Positions 40,676 to 51,543 are shown, numbered from the stretch's first letter. The stretch is DNA of 64,000 nucleotides from Flavobacteriales bacterium (GCA_044507815.1 JBIQIX010000014.1:18057-82056); one strand, 5' to 3'. Program-made: numbers and translations. Notes: generated by a model not told the origin, from the letters alone.

Positions 40676-41698
40676 TCAGGCCCAAACCGGGCAGCCCTCA
40701 CTGCAATTCCTGCACATATCGATGGATCTCCGATCGTGCAGCACCCGGTCGCGGAAAGCATTGTACTTCGCTCCGTTCCAGATCTCACTGAAACGCTGCT
40801 TGTTCAGGTCGCCCATTACCCACTTGGCATCCTTGTCGAAGCAGCAGGGAACCACCTTCCCGTCCCACGTGACCACGCAGCTATGCCACATTTTCCAGCA
40901 GCTGTTGGCTTGCCTGCCCTTGGTTTCCCATACCCCGTCCTTGTTGCGTCGATAGCGTGAATATTTTTCCTGGTTGGGGATCAACGGATGGTCATCACGC
41001 GGATCGTACACCTGCGCGGTCTTCAACCACAGGTCGTCCGCGCCGATCTGCCTGGCCAGTTTGCGCACTTCAGGGATCTGGTGTTCGTTCGGTTTCACCA
41101 CCAGGAACTGGAACACGATATGGGGGGTCAGGCTCTTCAATTTCTTCTTCCACGCCACTACGCGTTCCGCGCCTTCGATCACCTTTTCCAGCGTGCCTTC
41201 CCGGCGGTAGGCGGAATAGGTCTCCTGGTCGGTGCCGTCGATGCTGATGATCAGCCGGGACAGGCCGCTGCGCACCGTTGCCTCGGCCTTGCTGTCCGAA
41301 AGGAAATGTGCGTTGGTGCTTGTATTGGTGTAGATGCCCTTTTGGTTGGCATAGTGCACCATGTCCAGGAAACCGGGGTTGATGTACGGCTCGCCCTGGA
41401 AATAGAAGGTGAGCGCCCACAGGTCGTCCGCGAGTTCATCGATCACGCGCCGGAAGAACTCCTGCTTGAGGTTGCCGGTGGGGCGGGTGAAGGCACGCAG
41501 GCCGCTGGGACACTCTGGGCAGCGCAGGTTGCACGCGGTGGTGGGCTCCATGCTGATGCTGAAGGGCATGCCCTGGATCCCGGGGTTCCGCGTTCTTTTG
41601 GCCTGCCTGAAACTGCTCCAGATCCGATAGGCGTTCCGCATTCGGCGAACGGTGATCGGGCGGGCCCACAGGCGTGCATCGCGAAGCTGCGGCAACAT
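40676..41698 (-). CDS. Radical SAM enzyme with C-terminal SPASM/twitch-type Cys-rich domain, substrate unknown
   Basis: Radical SAM cluster motif TTACNLRCPEC (CxxxCxxC). Glycine-rich FQGEPYINP. C-terminal Cys cluster CWKMWHSCVVTWDGKVVPCCFD ... CRNCSEGC. ATG 41698 is chosen; the longest ORF starts at 41785. Confidence 0.85.
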   Translation of the reverse strand: MLPQLRDARLWARPITVRRMRNAYRIWSSFRQAKRTRNPGIQGMPFSISMEPTTACNLRCPECPSGLRAFTRPTGNLKQEFFRRVIDELADDLWALTFYFQGEPYINPGFLDMVHYANQKGIYTNTSTNAHFLSDSKAEATVRSGLSRLIISIDGTDQETYSAYRREGTLEKVIEGAERVVAWKKKLKSLTPHIVFQFLVVKPNEHQIPEVRKLARQIGADDLWLKTAQVYDPRDDHPLIPNQEKYSRYRRNKDGVWETKGRQANSCWKMWHSCVVTWDGKVVPCCFDKDAKWVMGDLNKQRFSEIWNGAKYNAFRDRVLHDRRSIDMCRNCSEGCPVWA

Positions 41699-41844
41699 GG
41701 GCGCAAGGTACCGGTTCGAGGGGCTGCAGCTTTGTGGTCGCCCGTTCCGCCGATGCCATGGGATCAGGTCAGGTTCCTGAAGCATGCCGTCATCGCCCGG
41801 TTCCTGTTACTTTCCCCGCCCATCACTGTCCTATAGTCGAGATC

Positions 41845-44319
41845 ATGCGGCCCTTGATCTTCTTTTTCACATGTGTGCTGCCATTATGGGCTGGCGCACA
41901 GCACGTGGTCACTGGCCGCGTGGTGGATGCCACCACCAACGAGCCCTTGGCCTTCGTGCCTTTTGTGATCGAGGGCAGCCGCATGGGCACCACCTCGGAC
42001 ATCGATGGGCGCTTTACGCTTGTTGTGCCGCACCTGCCTGTAACGCTGCGGGCCAGCTATGTGGGCTATGAACCGCAGGTCTTCACCGTTACCGATGTGG
42101 CCTTGTTCCCGGTACGCCTGGTGCCCAGCAACATTGAATTGCAGGCCGTGAAGGTGCTTCCCTCCGAAAATCCGGCGCACCGCATCATCCGCGCCGTGCA
42201 TGCCAACCGCAAGGAAAACGACGGGCTGCACCGCCGCAGCTACCGGTACACCAGCTATGGCAAGACCGTGTTCGACCTGGCCACCGATAGCGCCCAGTCC
42301 GTTGGGGCCGGGCACGAGGGCCGGGTGATGCCGGATACCACCTTGGCCCAAGCAGTGGACACGGCCAAGCTGGACAGTGGGGAGGCCAAGTTCCTGCGCA
42401 TGCTGCAGCAACAGCACCTGTTGTTGATCGAGAGCGCGACCAAGAAAAGCTTCATTCCGCCATCTTCCGCCAAGGAAACCGTGCTGGCCATGCGCGTAAG
42501 CGGGCTGAAGGATCCCAGCATCTTGGGCTTGGCCGCGCAAACCGAGACCTTCAGCATCTACGCCGCCCAGATCGACATCGGCGACAAGAGCTACCTGGGG
42601 CCGATCGGGCCGGGAAGCACCGCGAAATACCTTTTCCTGCTGGAGGACACGCTGTACCAAGGCAACGACAGTGTGTACGTGATCAGCTACCGCCCGCGGC
42701 GGGGAACCAAGTTCGATGGCCTGAAAGGCCTGTTGTACATCAACACCGATGGCTACGCCGTGCAGAATGTGACCGCCGAGCCCATGGTGAAGAGCGGCAT
42801 CAGCATCCGCTTCCAGCAACAACACAGGCGTTTTCCCACAGCCACGGGCGGCATGGCATGGTTCCCCGAACAGCTGAACACCTTCATCTATGCGGGCATG
42901 CTAAGCGTGAACGGCTTGAACGTGATGGGGGAGGGAAGGATCTACCTGAAGGACATTGAGCTGGACGTGGACATCCCGCGCAAGGAAGTGCGCGGCCCGG
43001 AACTGGTGATGGAGCAGATGAGCATCCGCAGGGACAGCGCGCTGTGGGCCGGCCTGCGGCCAACACCACTGGATGCCCGCGAGCTGCGCACGTATGAATC
43101 CATCGACAGCCTGGGCGAGCGGGAAAACCTGGACCGCAAACTGAAGTTCCTGTCCGCCCTGGCCACGGGCAGGTTGCCGCTGGGGGCCGTGGACCTGCGC
43201 CTCAACCAGATCATCGCCTTCAACGATCATGAAGGTTTCCGCCTGGGCGTTGGGCTGGTGACCAACGATCGGGTGAGCCGCCTTGCCGCGCTGGGTGGCT
43301 ATGTGGCCCACGGTTTCGGCGACCACCAATGGAAGTACGGCGGCGACCTCAGCCTAAGGCCCGTATATGGCCGCGACCTGGGCCTGAAGCTGGCCTATGA
43401 AAATGACGTGGCCGAGACCGGCGGCGTGCGTTTTGCCAAGAACCAGGGCCTGCTGGACACGGAAGGCTTCCGCATGTTCTTCGTGGACCGGATGGACCGG
43501 ATCGAACGGTACAGCGCCAAGGTGCACACCCGTGTGGGCAGTTCGCTGAAACTGTGGATCGGCACCGAACGCGCACAACGGGTGAACGAGCTGGGCTATG
43601 CCTACATCAGCCGCGTCAGCGACCAGGTGGTCCTGCGCCAGGGCAGCTTCCTTACGGGTGCCTTTACGCTGGACCTGCGGTGGGCCTACAAGGAAAAGCT
43701 GGCCCGGCTGCCCGGCCGCGAGTTTTCACTGGGCACCAAGTACCCGGTGGTGTGGCTGCACGCCATGCGCGCCGAAAAAGGGCTTTGGGACGGCGAATGG
43801 GAGACGTGGCGCGTGGATGCCCAGGTTGAAAAAACCTTCAAGGTCCGGCTGCTCGGCGAGCTTTCATTGCGTGCCATGGGCGGCCTGGCCGATCCGGAAG
43901 CGCCCATGCCGTTCCTGTACAACATGCGTGGCATCAACAACAAGCGCTTCCCCGTGGCGGGCAGCCAGGTGTTCGAGACCATGCATCCCAACGAATTCCT
44001 GGCCGATCGCTACATCAGCTTCCACCTCAAGCACAGCTTTGGCAAGCTATTGGTCAACACCAAGCACTTTAAGCCGCGCCCGGCCATCGTAAGCAGTGTG
44101 GCCTTCGGCGACCTGTCCCATCCGGAAAACCATGAAGGGTTGTCGTTCAGGCCGCTGCGCCAGGGCTTCTACGAAAGCGGCCTGTTGCTGGAAAACCTGC
44201 TCCGCTCCGGCTTCTCCAGCTTTGGCGTGGGCGCCTTCTACCGTTATGGCCCCTATGCGTTGCCTTCGGCCACCGACAATTTCGCGGTGAAGCTGGCCAT
44301 GGGGTTCGTGTTTGATTGA
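41845..44319 (+). CDS. CarboxypepD_reg-like domain protein, large C-terminal region (DUF5686-like; probable outer-membrane protein)
   Basis: Signal peptide MRPLIFFFTCVLPLWAGAQ. N-terminal VTGRVVDATTNEPLAFVPFVIEGSRMGTTSDIDGRFTL is a carboxypeptidase-regulatory-like fold. The long beta-rich remainder ends in aromatic-rich ..FAVKLAMGFVFD. The family name comes from memory of the architecture and has not been searched. Confidence 0.7.
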   Translation: MRPLIFFFTCVLPLWAGAQHVVTGRVVDATTNEPLAFVPFVIEGSRMGTTSDIDGRFTLVVPHLPVTLRASYVGYEPQVFTVTDVALFPVRLVPSNIELQAVKVLPSENPAHRIIRAVHANRKENDGLHRRSYRYTSYGKTVFDLATDSAQSVGAGHEGRVMPDTTLAQAVDTAKLDSGEAKFLRMLQQQHLLLIESATKKSFIPPSSAKETVLAMRVSGLKDPSILGLAAQTETFSIYAAQIDIGDKSYLGPIGPGSTAKYLFLLEDTLYQGNDSVYVISYRPRRGTKFDGLKGLLYINTDGYAVQNVTAEPMVKSGISIRFQQQHRRFPTATGGMAWFPEQLNTFIYAGMLSVNGLNVMGEGRIYLKDIELDVDIPRKEVRGPELVMEQMSIRRDSALWAGLRPTPLDARELRTYESIDSLGERENLDRKLKFLSALATGRLPLGAVDLRLNQIIAFNDHEGFRLGVGLVTNDRVSRLAALGGYVAHGFGDHQWKYGGDLSLRPVYGRDLGLKLAYENDVAETGGVRFAKNQGLLDTEGFRMFFVDRMDRIERYSAKVHTRVGSSLKLWIGTERAQRVNELGYAYISRVSDQVVLRQGSFLTGAFTLDLRWAYKEKLARLPGREFSLGTKYPVVWLHAMRAEKGLWDGEWETWRVDAQVEKTFKVRLLGELSLRAMGGLADPEAPMPFLYNMRGINNKRFPVAGSQVFETMHPNEFLADRYISFHLKHSFGKLLVNTKHFKPRPAIVSSVAFGDLSHPENHEGLSFRPLRQGFYESGLLLENLLRSGFSSFGVGAFYRYGPYALPSATDNFAVKLAMGFVFD

Positions 44320-44523
44320 AGGGTCTTTTCAGGGTTGCAAAGCACGAAGCCCCGTTAAGCTGGCCCGGGGAAACGAGGGGGCCGTATTGGACGCGGGTTG
44401 TGCGCGACAATCGCGGGCGCTGGCCGGACTGAACGGCACCCTCGCATTTTTCCGGCCTCTTCTAAGCGCTTTTCGCCACCTTTGCGCGCTCCGCGCGGCG
44501 AACCCCTCCGCCGGCTTGATCAC

Positions 44524-46941
44524 ATGTGGGCTTGGCTCGCCGGAAGAATCCTGCGCAATAGGATAGGTATCTTGATCGCCGTTGGCATCCTTACGGTCTT
44601 TATGGGCTGGAAGGCGACCGCGGTGCAAATGAGCTACAAGCACGGCGGGCTGCTGCCCAAGAGCGATCCGGCCTACGGCGAATACGAGGATTTCCTGCGC
44701 ACCTTCAGCGAGGATGGCAATGTGATCGTGGTGGGCACCCAGGGCGAAGCGCTTTACACGCCTGCGAACTTCCGCCGCTGGCAGGCCCTGGGCAACGACC
44801 TGCGCGCCATTCCCGGCATCGACAGCGTGTTCAGCGAGGCCAGCCTGTTCACGCTGGTGCGCAACGACAGCCTGCAGAAATTCGAGCTGCACAAGCTGAT
44901 GGCCTGGGCGCCCGCCACGCAGCAGGGCATGGATTCGCTGAAGGCCGCCATACGCGACCTGCCCTTTTACCGCCAACTGTTGTACAACGACAGCACCAAG
45001 GCCAGCCTGATGATGGTGTTCGTGAACGCCAAACTGTTCAACACCGACAAGCGGGAAAAGGTGATCGCGCAGCTTGAGGAGCGCACCGACCGCTTTGCGC
45101 AGGAAAGCGGCCTGCCCATGCACCGCAGCGGCCTGCCGTGGGTAAGGGTGAAAAGCACCCAGCTGGTAAAGGGTGAAATGCCTGTGTTCGTGGTGCTCAG
45201 CCTCAGCATTTGTGCATTGTTGCTGCTGTTCTTCTTCCGCTCGTGGCGCGTTATGATCATCAGCCTCGGCGTGGTGGCCGTAAGCGTGGTGTGGGCCTTC
45301 GGCTTCATGGGCCTCATGGGCTACAACATCACCCTGCTGCAATCGGTGATCGCCCCGCTGCTGATCGTGGTGGGCGTGCCCAACAGCATCTTCCTGATCA
45401 ATGCCTACCACCACGACTATGTGCAGCATGGCAACAAGATGAAGGCCCTGCAGCGCATGATCAGCCGGGTGGGGGCGGCCTGCTTCATCACCAACGCCAC
45501 CAAGGCAGCGGGTTTCGCCGCCTTCATCATCACCTACAGCGACACCCTCAAGCAGTTCGGGCTGGTGGCCACCGTGGGCATCATGGGCATACTGGTCTTC
45601 GGTCTCACGCTCATCCCCATCATCCTTAGCTACATGCCCGAGCCCAAGCCCAGGCACCTGCGCCACCTCGACCGGCGCTGGCTCGACCGCAGTGTGGAGC
45701 TGATCGTGCGCCTTTCGCGCGAGCAAAGGCCGGCCATCTACGGAACCACCTTCCTGGTGGTGGTGGCGGCCTGCATAGGCATGGCCAGGTTGAAGGATGA
45801 AAGCCGCATCGTGGACGACCTGCCCGCGGATAACCCCGTGCTGGCCGACCTGCATTTCTTCGAGCGCAACTTCCATGGGGTGATGCCCTTGGAGATCATC
45901 GTGGGCACCGGGAAAAAGGGCGGCGTGCTGAAGGATGCCACGCTCAAGCGGCTCGACAAATTGGCCGATACGCTGGCCACCTACCCGGAGTTCAGCCGTC
46001 CGCTGAGCATCGTGGACGCCGTGAAATTCACCCGGCAGGCCTTCTACGGCGGCGACCCGGAACGCTATGCGCTGCTGACAGGCACCGACAAACGGTTCAT
46101 GCTGCCCTACCTGGAGAACCTCACCGGCAACAAGGAGCAGGGCGGCCGCAGCATGGGCAAGGCCTTTATCGACAGCACACTGGCCACCACCCGCGTTACC
46201 GTGCAAATGGCCGATGTGGGCACCACCCGCATGGAGGGCCTGCTCAACAAGCTTCGCGCGCAAACGGACAGCATCTTCCCGGCGGACCGCTACAACGTGG
46301 TGTTCACGGGCACCAGCGTGGTCTTCCTCAAGGGCAGCAGTTATTTGGTGAGCAACCTCGTCACCAGTCTTTTCTGGGCCATTGTCATCATCGTGGTACT
46401 GATGGCGCTGCTGTTCAATTCACTGCGCATTCTGGTGGTGGCGCTCATCCCCAACCTGGTCCCGCTGATCGTTACCGCGGGCATCATGGGCTTTGCGCAC
46501 ATCCCCATCAAGCCCAGCACCATGCTGGTTTTCGGCATTGCCCTGGGCATAGCGGTGGACAACGCCATCTTCTTTTTGGCGCGCTACCGCCTGATGGTGA
46601 AGCTGACCAAGGGCGACCTGGCCCGCAGCGTGGACAGTGCCGTGCGCGAGGTGAGCGTGGGCATCATCTACACCAGTGTGGTGCTCGTGCTGGGCTTTGC
46701 CACCTTCGCCTTTTCGCGCTTTGGCGGCATACAGGCCATGGGCATCCTCACCACCATCACCCTGCTTACCGCCATGCTCACCAACCTGCTGGTGCTGCCG
46801 TCGCTCGTGCTCTCGCTCAACAAGCGCATCATGTCAAAGGCATTCAACGAGCCCATGCTGGAGATCCTGGATGAGGAGGAGGACATTGAACTGGGCGCCC
46901 TGCAGGTGGAAAAAACCAACAACCACAACACGTCCACATGA
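44524..46941 (+). CDS. MMPL/RND-superfamily exporter (two 6-TM bundles, sterol-sensing-domain-like)
   Basis: Repeated architecture of TM1, a large periplasmic loop and a 5-TM bundle, present twice (e.g. [21 protein letters not shown]...; [20 protein letters not shown]...). Start at ATG 44524. Confidence 0.83.
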   Translation: MWAWLAGRILRNRIGILIAVGILTVFMGWKATAVQMSYKHGGLLPKSDPAYGEYEDFLRTFSEDGNVIVVGTQGEALYTPANFRRWQALGNDLRAIPGIDSVFSEASLFTLVRNDSLQKFELHKLMAWAPATQQGMDSLKAAIRDLPFYRQLLYNDSTKASLMMVFVNAKLFNTDKREKVIAQLEERTDRFAQESGLPMHRSGLPWVRVKSTQLVKGEMPVFVVLSLSICALLLLFFFRSWRVMIISLGVVAVSVVWAFGFMGLMGYNITLLQSVIAPLLIVVGVPNSIFLINAYHHDYVQHGNKMKALQRMISRVGAACFITNATKAAGFAAFIITYSDTLKQFGLVATVGIMGILVFGLTLIPIILSYMPEPKPRHLRHLDRRWLDRSVELIVRLSREQRPAIYGTTFLVVVAACIGMARLKDESRIVDDLPADNPVLADLHFFERNFHGVMPLEIIVGTGKKGGVLKDATLKRLDKLADTLATYPEFSRPLSIVDAVKFTRQAFYGGDPERYALLTGTDKRFMLPYLENLTGNKEQGGRSMGKAFIDSTLATTRVTVQMADVGTTRMEGLLNKLRAQTDSIFPADRYNVVFTGTSVVFLKGSSYLVSNLVTSLFWAIVIIVVLMALLFNSLRILVVALIPNLVPLIVTAGIMGFAHIPIKPSTMLVFGIALGIAVDNAIFFLARYRLMVKLTKGDLARSVDSAVREVSVGIIYTSVVLVLGFATFAFSRFGGIQAMGILTTITLLTAMLTNLLVLPSLVLSLNKRIMSKAFNEPMLEILDEEEDIELGALQVEKTNNHNTST

Positions 46942-47804
46942 AAGGAATCATCCTGGCCGGCGGAAGCGGCACCCGCCTGCACCCGCTTACCCTTGCCGTG
47001 AGCAAGCAGCTCATGCCGGTGTACGACAAGCCGATGATCTATTACCCGCTGAGCACCCTGATGGCCGCGGGCATGCAGGATGTGCTCATCATCAGCACCC
47101 CGCACGACCTGCCGAACTTTGAAAAGCTGCTGGGCGATGGACGCAACCTGGGCTGCCGGTTCAGCTATGCCGTACAGAAGGTTCCCAACGGGCTGGCCCA
47201 GGCCTTTGTGATCGGCCGCGATTTCATCGGTGACGACAGCGCTGCGCTGATCCTGGGTGACAACATTTTCTACGGTGCCGGCCTGGGCCGCCGGCTGAGC
47301 GCCCATACAAAAATGGAGGGTGGCCTGGTATTCGCCTACCATGTGAGCGATCCCGAACGCTACGGCGTGGTGGAGTTCGATGCCGGCAATGTGGCGGTAA
47401 GCATTGAGGAGAAGCCCGCGCGGCCGAAGAGCAACTATGCCGTTCCGGGCCTGTACTTCTACGATAACGACGTGGTGCGGATCGCGGCCGAGCTGAAGCC
47501 CAGTGCGCGCGGCGAGTACGAGATCACTGACGTGAACAAGGAATACCTGCGCCAGGGCAGGCTCAAGGTGGAGATCCTGGACCGGGGCACCGCCTGGCTC
47601 GACACCGGCACCTTCGCATCGCTGATGCAGGCCGGCCAATTCGTGCAAGTGATCGAGGCCCGGCAAGGCCTGCGCATCGGCTGCATCGAAGAGGTGGCCT
47701 ACAAAAAGGGCTTCATCGATGCAGCGCAATTGAAGGCCTTGGCCCAACCGTTGGTAAAAAGCGGCTATGGCGAGTATTTGATGAAGCTGGTGGAGGGTGA
47801 ATAG
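46938..47804 (+). CDS. rfbA: Glucose-1-phosphate thymidylyltransferase
   Basis: [18 protein letters not shown]...[22 protein letters not shown].. and ..LGDNIFYG... The start overlaps the MMPL stop (ATGA at 46938..46941). Confidence 0.96.
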   Translation: MKGIILAGGSGTRLHPLTLAVSKQLMPVYDKPMIYYPLSTLMAAGMQDVLIISTPHDLPNFEKLLGDGRNLGCRFSYAVQKVPNGLAQAFVIGRDFIGDDSAALILGDNIFYGAGLGRRLSAHTKMEGGLVFAYHVSDPERYGVVEFDAGNVAVSIEEKPARPKSNYAVPGLYFYDNDVVRIAAELKPSARGEYEITDVNKEYLRQGRLKVEILDRGTAWLDTGTFASLMQAGQFVQVIEARQGLRIGCIEEVAYKKGFIDAAQLKALAQPLVKSGYGEYLMKLVEGE

Positions 47805-48786
47805 CGCGTCCCTGAACAATGTCCACGCAACGCACCGCGCACCCATGCCCTCCCATACCCTGATAGAAACCCGGATCGCCGCATGGATAGAGGCGCTGCC
47901 CATGGGCAACCTGTACGCCCCCATGGCCTACCTCATGGGCCTACCGGCCAAACGGGTGCGGCCCATGCTGGTGCTGATGGCCTGCGAGCTGTTCGGCGGC
48001 CGGGCCGAGGATGCTTTGGATGAAGCCTTGGGCATTGAGCTGTTCCACAACTTCACCCTCATGCACGACGACATCATGGATGAGGCGCCCTTGCGGCGGG
48101 GCCATGCCACCGTGCACGTGAAGTGGGGCGTGAACACGGCCATTCTCAGCGGCGATGCCATGCTGGTGAAAGCCTTTCAGCTGATGGCCAAGCGGTCCGC
48201 CGTGGCGGAATTGTTCAGCCACCATGCACTGGCGGTGTGCGAAGGGCAGCAGCTCGATATGGAATTCGAGCAGCGCGATGATGTCACCACGGTGGAATAC
48301 CGTGCGATGATCCGCTTGAAGACCGCCGTGCTGTTGGCCTGTTCACTGCGCGTGGGCGCGGCAATTGCCGGCGCATCACAAAAGGACAGTGATCGCATCG
48401 GTGCTTTCGGCGAACACATCGGGCTGGCCTTTCAACTGCGCGATGACCTGTTGGATGCCTTCGGTGATCCCGCCAGGACCGGTAAGCGGCAAGGCGGTGA
48501 CCTGCGTGCAGGCAAGAAAACGTTCTTGTTGATCCGGGGGTTGGAGCGTAGCGCCGACAACGAGCGAAGTGAATTGCGCGAGGAATTGGCGAAGCCCGCT
48601 GATCAGCGGGATGTATCGCGCATGTTGAAAGTGCTTGAAGCGCTTGGTGTGCCCGAAGAGGCCGAACGTACCATTCAGGCAGAAGAGGCGAAGGCCATGG
48701 AGGCGTTGGACGCGATCGATGTCCCGGAGGATCGGAAGCTGCCGTTGCGGGCACTTTCGGCACAACTGATGGCGCGGAGCTATTGA
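47797..48786 (+). CDS. Polyprenyl diphosphate synthase (trans-isoprenyl diphosphate synthase family)
   Basis: First Asp-rich motif LMHDDIMDE. Second motif [13 protein letters not shown]. Also [17 protein letters not shown] 47797 overlaps the rfbA stop by 8 nt. ATG 47845 is an alternative start. Confidence 0.9.
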   Translation: MNSASLNNVHATHRAPMPSHTLIETRIAAWIEALPMGNLYAPMAYLMGLPAKRVRPMLVLMACELFGGRAEDALDEALGIELFHNFTLMHDDIMDEAPLRRGHATVHVKWGVNTAILSGDAMLVKAFQLMAKRSAVAELFSHHALAVCEGQQLDMEFEQRDDVTTVEYRAMIRLKTAVLLACSLRVGAAIAGASQKDSDRIGAFGEHIGLAFQLRDDLLDAFGDPARTGKRQGGDLRAGKKTFLLIRGLERSADNERSELREELAKPADQRDVSRMLKVLEALGVPEEAERTIQAEEAKAMEALDAIDVPEDRKLPLRALSAQLMARSY

Positions 48787-49682
48787 AGCAGATCGCCCAA
48801 GGCCGCCGTTAGCTCCGGGTGCCGGAACTCAAACCCGCAGCCCACCAACTTCACATTCGAAACACGTGATCCCTCGAGCACCAATTCGCTCGGACCGCCC
48901 AGAACGGCACGCAACGCAAAAGCGGGAATGTTCGGCAGAAGGTAAGGACGATGTAACGCATGGGCAACCTCGCGCATAAAGTCGTGGTTCCTTACATCCT
49001 CCGAAGCGGCGATGTTGTAGGCGCCTTGCATGTCCGTGTGCTGGATGGCTTGCAGGTAAGCGCGCGCCAGGTCTTCGATGTGGACCCACGGCATCCACTG
49101 TTTCCCTGAACCAAACGGTGATGCAAGGCCCCAACGAGCGGGCGCCGCCATCTTCGGCAACGCACCACCTTCGCTGGCCAGCACCACGGAGGTGCGCAGC
49201 TTCACCACGCGGCATGGTGGCGACCAAGCGTCCGCCGCATCCTCCCAGGCCTGGCAGAGCTGGCCCAGAAAGTCATTTGACGATGATTCTTCTTCAGTGA
49301 AGACGTGATCGCTCGTCACCGTGCCGTAGTAGTTGACCCCGCTGGCACTGATGAACGTCTTTGGCCAAGTACCGGACTTTTCCACTTCGCGCTTCAGCAG
49401 ATCGGCAGCATCCACGCGGCTCGCATAGAGCACCTGCCTGCGCTCCTTCGTCCAGCGCTTATCGGCGATGCCCGCACCGCTTAGGTGGACGATGTGGTCC
49501 GCATTTTCCAAGGCCCTGGGATCCACGAAGCCTTTCGCTATGTTCCATTTGAAAGTCGGCACAACCGCATCGGGATGAGCGCTGCGGCTGAGATGCCGCA
49601 CAGCAAAGCCCTCCTTAAGCAAAAGCTTCGTGAGGTGGCCGCCGATGAAGCCACTTCCTCCGGTGATGACCACGGTGCTCAT
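48780..49682 (-). CDS. TIGR01777/YfcH-type NAD-dependent epimerase-like protein (Rossmann fold plus DUF1731-like C-terminus)
   Basis: MSTVVITGGSGFIGGHL (GxxGxxG) and C-terminal ..[29 protein letters not shown]. The stop overlaps the polyprenyl synthase stop convergently by 7 nt. Confidence 0.85.
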   Translation of the reverse strand: MSTVVITGGSGFIGGHLTKLLLKEGFAVRHLSRSAHPDAVVPTFKWNIAKGFVDPRALENADHIVHLSGAGIADKRWTKERRQVLYASRVDAADLLKREVEKSGTWPKTFISASGVNYYGTVTSDHVFTEEESSSNDFLGQLCQAWEDAADAWSPPCRVVKLRTSVVLASEGGALPKMAAPARWGLASPFGSGKQWMPWVHIEDLARAYLQAIQHTDMQGAYNIAASEDVRNHDFMREVAHALHRPYLLPNIPAFALRAVLGGPSELVLEGSRVSNVKLVGCGFEFRHPELTAALGDLLQ

Positions 49683-49990
49683 AATTTCCTGTGCTTCACG
49701 ATTTCGGCCGCCGCGATAAAAGAAATGTGCCCACACTCTTCCTTGGCATGGGAGATACCAAAAAGCGAGTGGCCAAAATTCCTTCGGCCGTGTAATTGAT
49801 CGCGGCCAAAGAGCTCTTCAACAATTCGCAAGCTACATCCAAAATGAACGAAGTGTCGGTGTTGTTACGGCCTGTGTAGCGGCATCCCCGCTGGCCGCGC
49901 AATGTTGGGCAAGCGCTTGCCCTGAAACGTGGCCGAGCTGCATGCCGTGTTGTTGGTGCGCAATTTGTGCCGCAGGGGAAAATGATCTGC

Positions 49991-51520
49991 ATGGAACGCG
50001 ACGGCTACACCACGAGCTTATGGCAAACCACGACGTCTGAAGAAGCACCAGGCCCTGCGGCGTTGCCCGTGCATACACTGGATGCCGTGGTGGTGGGCGC
50101 GGGCATTACCGGAATGAGCACGGGCATGGCCCTGGCGCTGGCTGGTAAGAGCTGCCTGGTGCTGGAGGCACACACCGCCGGTTTTGGCACCACCGGGGGG
50201 ACCACTGCGCACATCAATACCTTTTTCGACCTGTCCTATGACCGAATGATCAGCAAGTTCGGCAAGGCCGACGCCATGCTGGTGGCTCAGGCCGGCAGTG
50301 AGGCGGCGGAGCGCATCCGCCGCTGGTCGGCCCGCTATGCACCGCAGGCCAATTGGCAATCCCGCACGGCCTATCTGCTGGCCAAGGATCAAAAACAGGC
50401 GGATCAGTTGGAGTCCATGGTACATGGCGCGCAGGAGGTGGGGCTCGATGCCGATCTCACATCCGGTGTGCCGCCCTATTTCGATCCGGTGAAGGCGGCC
50501 CGGATCGGAGGCCAGGCCAGTTTCCATCCCGGCCGGTACCTGATGGGCCTCGTTGCGGCATTCCGTGCGGCTGGCGGCCTCTTGGTTGAAGGTTGCCGCA
50601 TGATGGGGGTGGAGGCCAAGGAAGAGCTGCTGGAAGTGCGCACCGATCGTGGAACGGTGCGGGCCCGCAACCTGGTGTACGCCACGCACGTGCCCCCAGG
50701 GGTGAATGTGCTCCATTTCCGCAACGCGCCCTACCGCAGCTATGCGTTGGCGGCCAAGCTGCGGCCGGGGACGCCGCCCTTGGGCGCCTTGGTGTACGAC
50801 CTTGACGATCCGTACCACTATTACCGCGAGGAAGAAGTGGATGGGCAGCGCTTCTTGATCGCGGGCGGCGAGGACCATAAGACCGCCGAGGGCAACGAAC
50901 CCGCGCATATGCGCGCATTGGAGGCGCATGTGCGCGGGCTTTTTCCCGTGCAGGAGGTATCCCACCAGTGGTCATCGCAATGGTTCGAGGCCACCGATGG
51001 GCTGCCGTACATCGGTCATTTGCCCATGGCCGACAAAAGGATCTGGGTGGCCACCGGCTACGGCGGCAATGGAATGACCTTCGGCACCTTGGCGTCGATC
51101 GTGCTCACGGACCTGATCGTGAAGGGAAGCAGCCCATACGGCGAGGTATTGCGTCCCGGACGGGTGAGCGTGGTGGCGGGCTTCGCCAATTTCGTGAAGG
51201 AGGCCGCGGACGTGGTGCGCCAATTGGTTTCGGCGCCCTTTCCCAAGGAAAAGCTGCACGAGCTGGCCGACCTGGCCAACGGCGAGGGGCGGGTGGTACA
51301 GTTTGATGGGCGGCAAGTGGGCCTTTACCGCGATGGGCAAGGCCGGTTGCATGGGGTATCACCGGCGTGCAGCCACATCAAATGCTCGTTGGCATGGAAT
51401 GGCGCGGAACGCAGCTGGGACTGCCCTTGCCACGGCTCGCGCTTCGGGGTGGACGGCAACGTGCTCACAGCGCCCGCGCGCAAACCGCTGCAGCAGGTGG
51501 AACTGGGGGAAGCGAAGTAA
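49991..51520 (+). CDS. FAD-dependent oxidoreductase fused to a C-terminal Rieske [2Fe-2S] domain
   Basis: Dinucleotide fold DAVVVGAGITGMSTGMALA. C-terminal Rieske motifs CSHIKC ... CPCHGSRF. Start is ATG 49991, or alternatively 49982. Confidence 0.87.
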   Translation: MERDGYTTSLWQTTTSEEAPGPAALPVHTLDAVVVGAGITGMSTGMALALAGKSCLVLEAHTAGFGTTGGTTAHINTFFDLSYDRMISKFGKADAMLVAQAGSEAAERIRRWSARYAPQANWQSRTAYLLAKDQKQADQLESMVHGAQEVGLDADLTSGVPPYFDPVKAARIGGQASFHPGRYLMGLVAAFRAAGGLLVEGCRMMGVEAKEELLEVRTDRGTVRARNLVYATHVPPGVNVLHFRNAPYRSYALAAKLRPGTPPLGALVYDLDDPYHYYREEEVDGQRFLIAGGEDHKTAEGNEPAHMRALEAHVRGLFPVQEVSHQWSSQWFEATDGLPYIGHLPMADKRIWVATGYGGNGMTFGTLASIVLTDLIVKGSSPYGEVLRPGRVSVVAGFANFVKEAADVVRQLVSAPFPKEKLHELADLANGEGRVVQFDGRQVGLYRDGQGRLHGVSPACSHIKCSLAWNGAERSWDCPCHGSRFGVDGNVLTAPARKPLQQVELGEAK

Positions 51521-51543
51521 AGGCACCCTCCGGCCGGCCGGGC

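Noticed and set aside
40666-41845. RiPP cluster around the radical SAM/SPASM gene
   Set aside because: No precursor-peptide-sized ORF, protease or dedicated transporter is adjacent. The flanks are 10 nt on the frr side and a 146-nt divergent promoter region on the other.
44329-46263. 644-aa minus-strand ORF opposite the MMPL exporter
   Set aside because: It is a shadow of a polytopic membrane protein gene, with no motifs.
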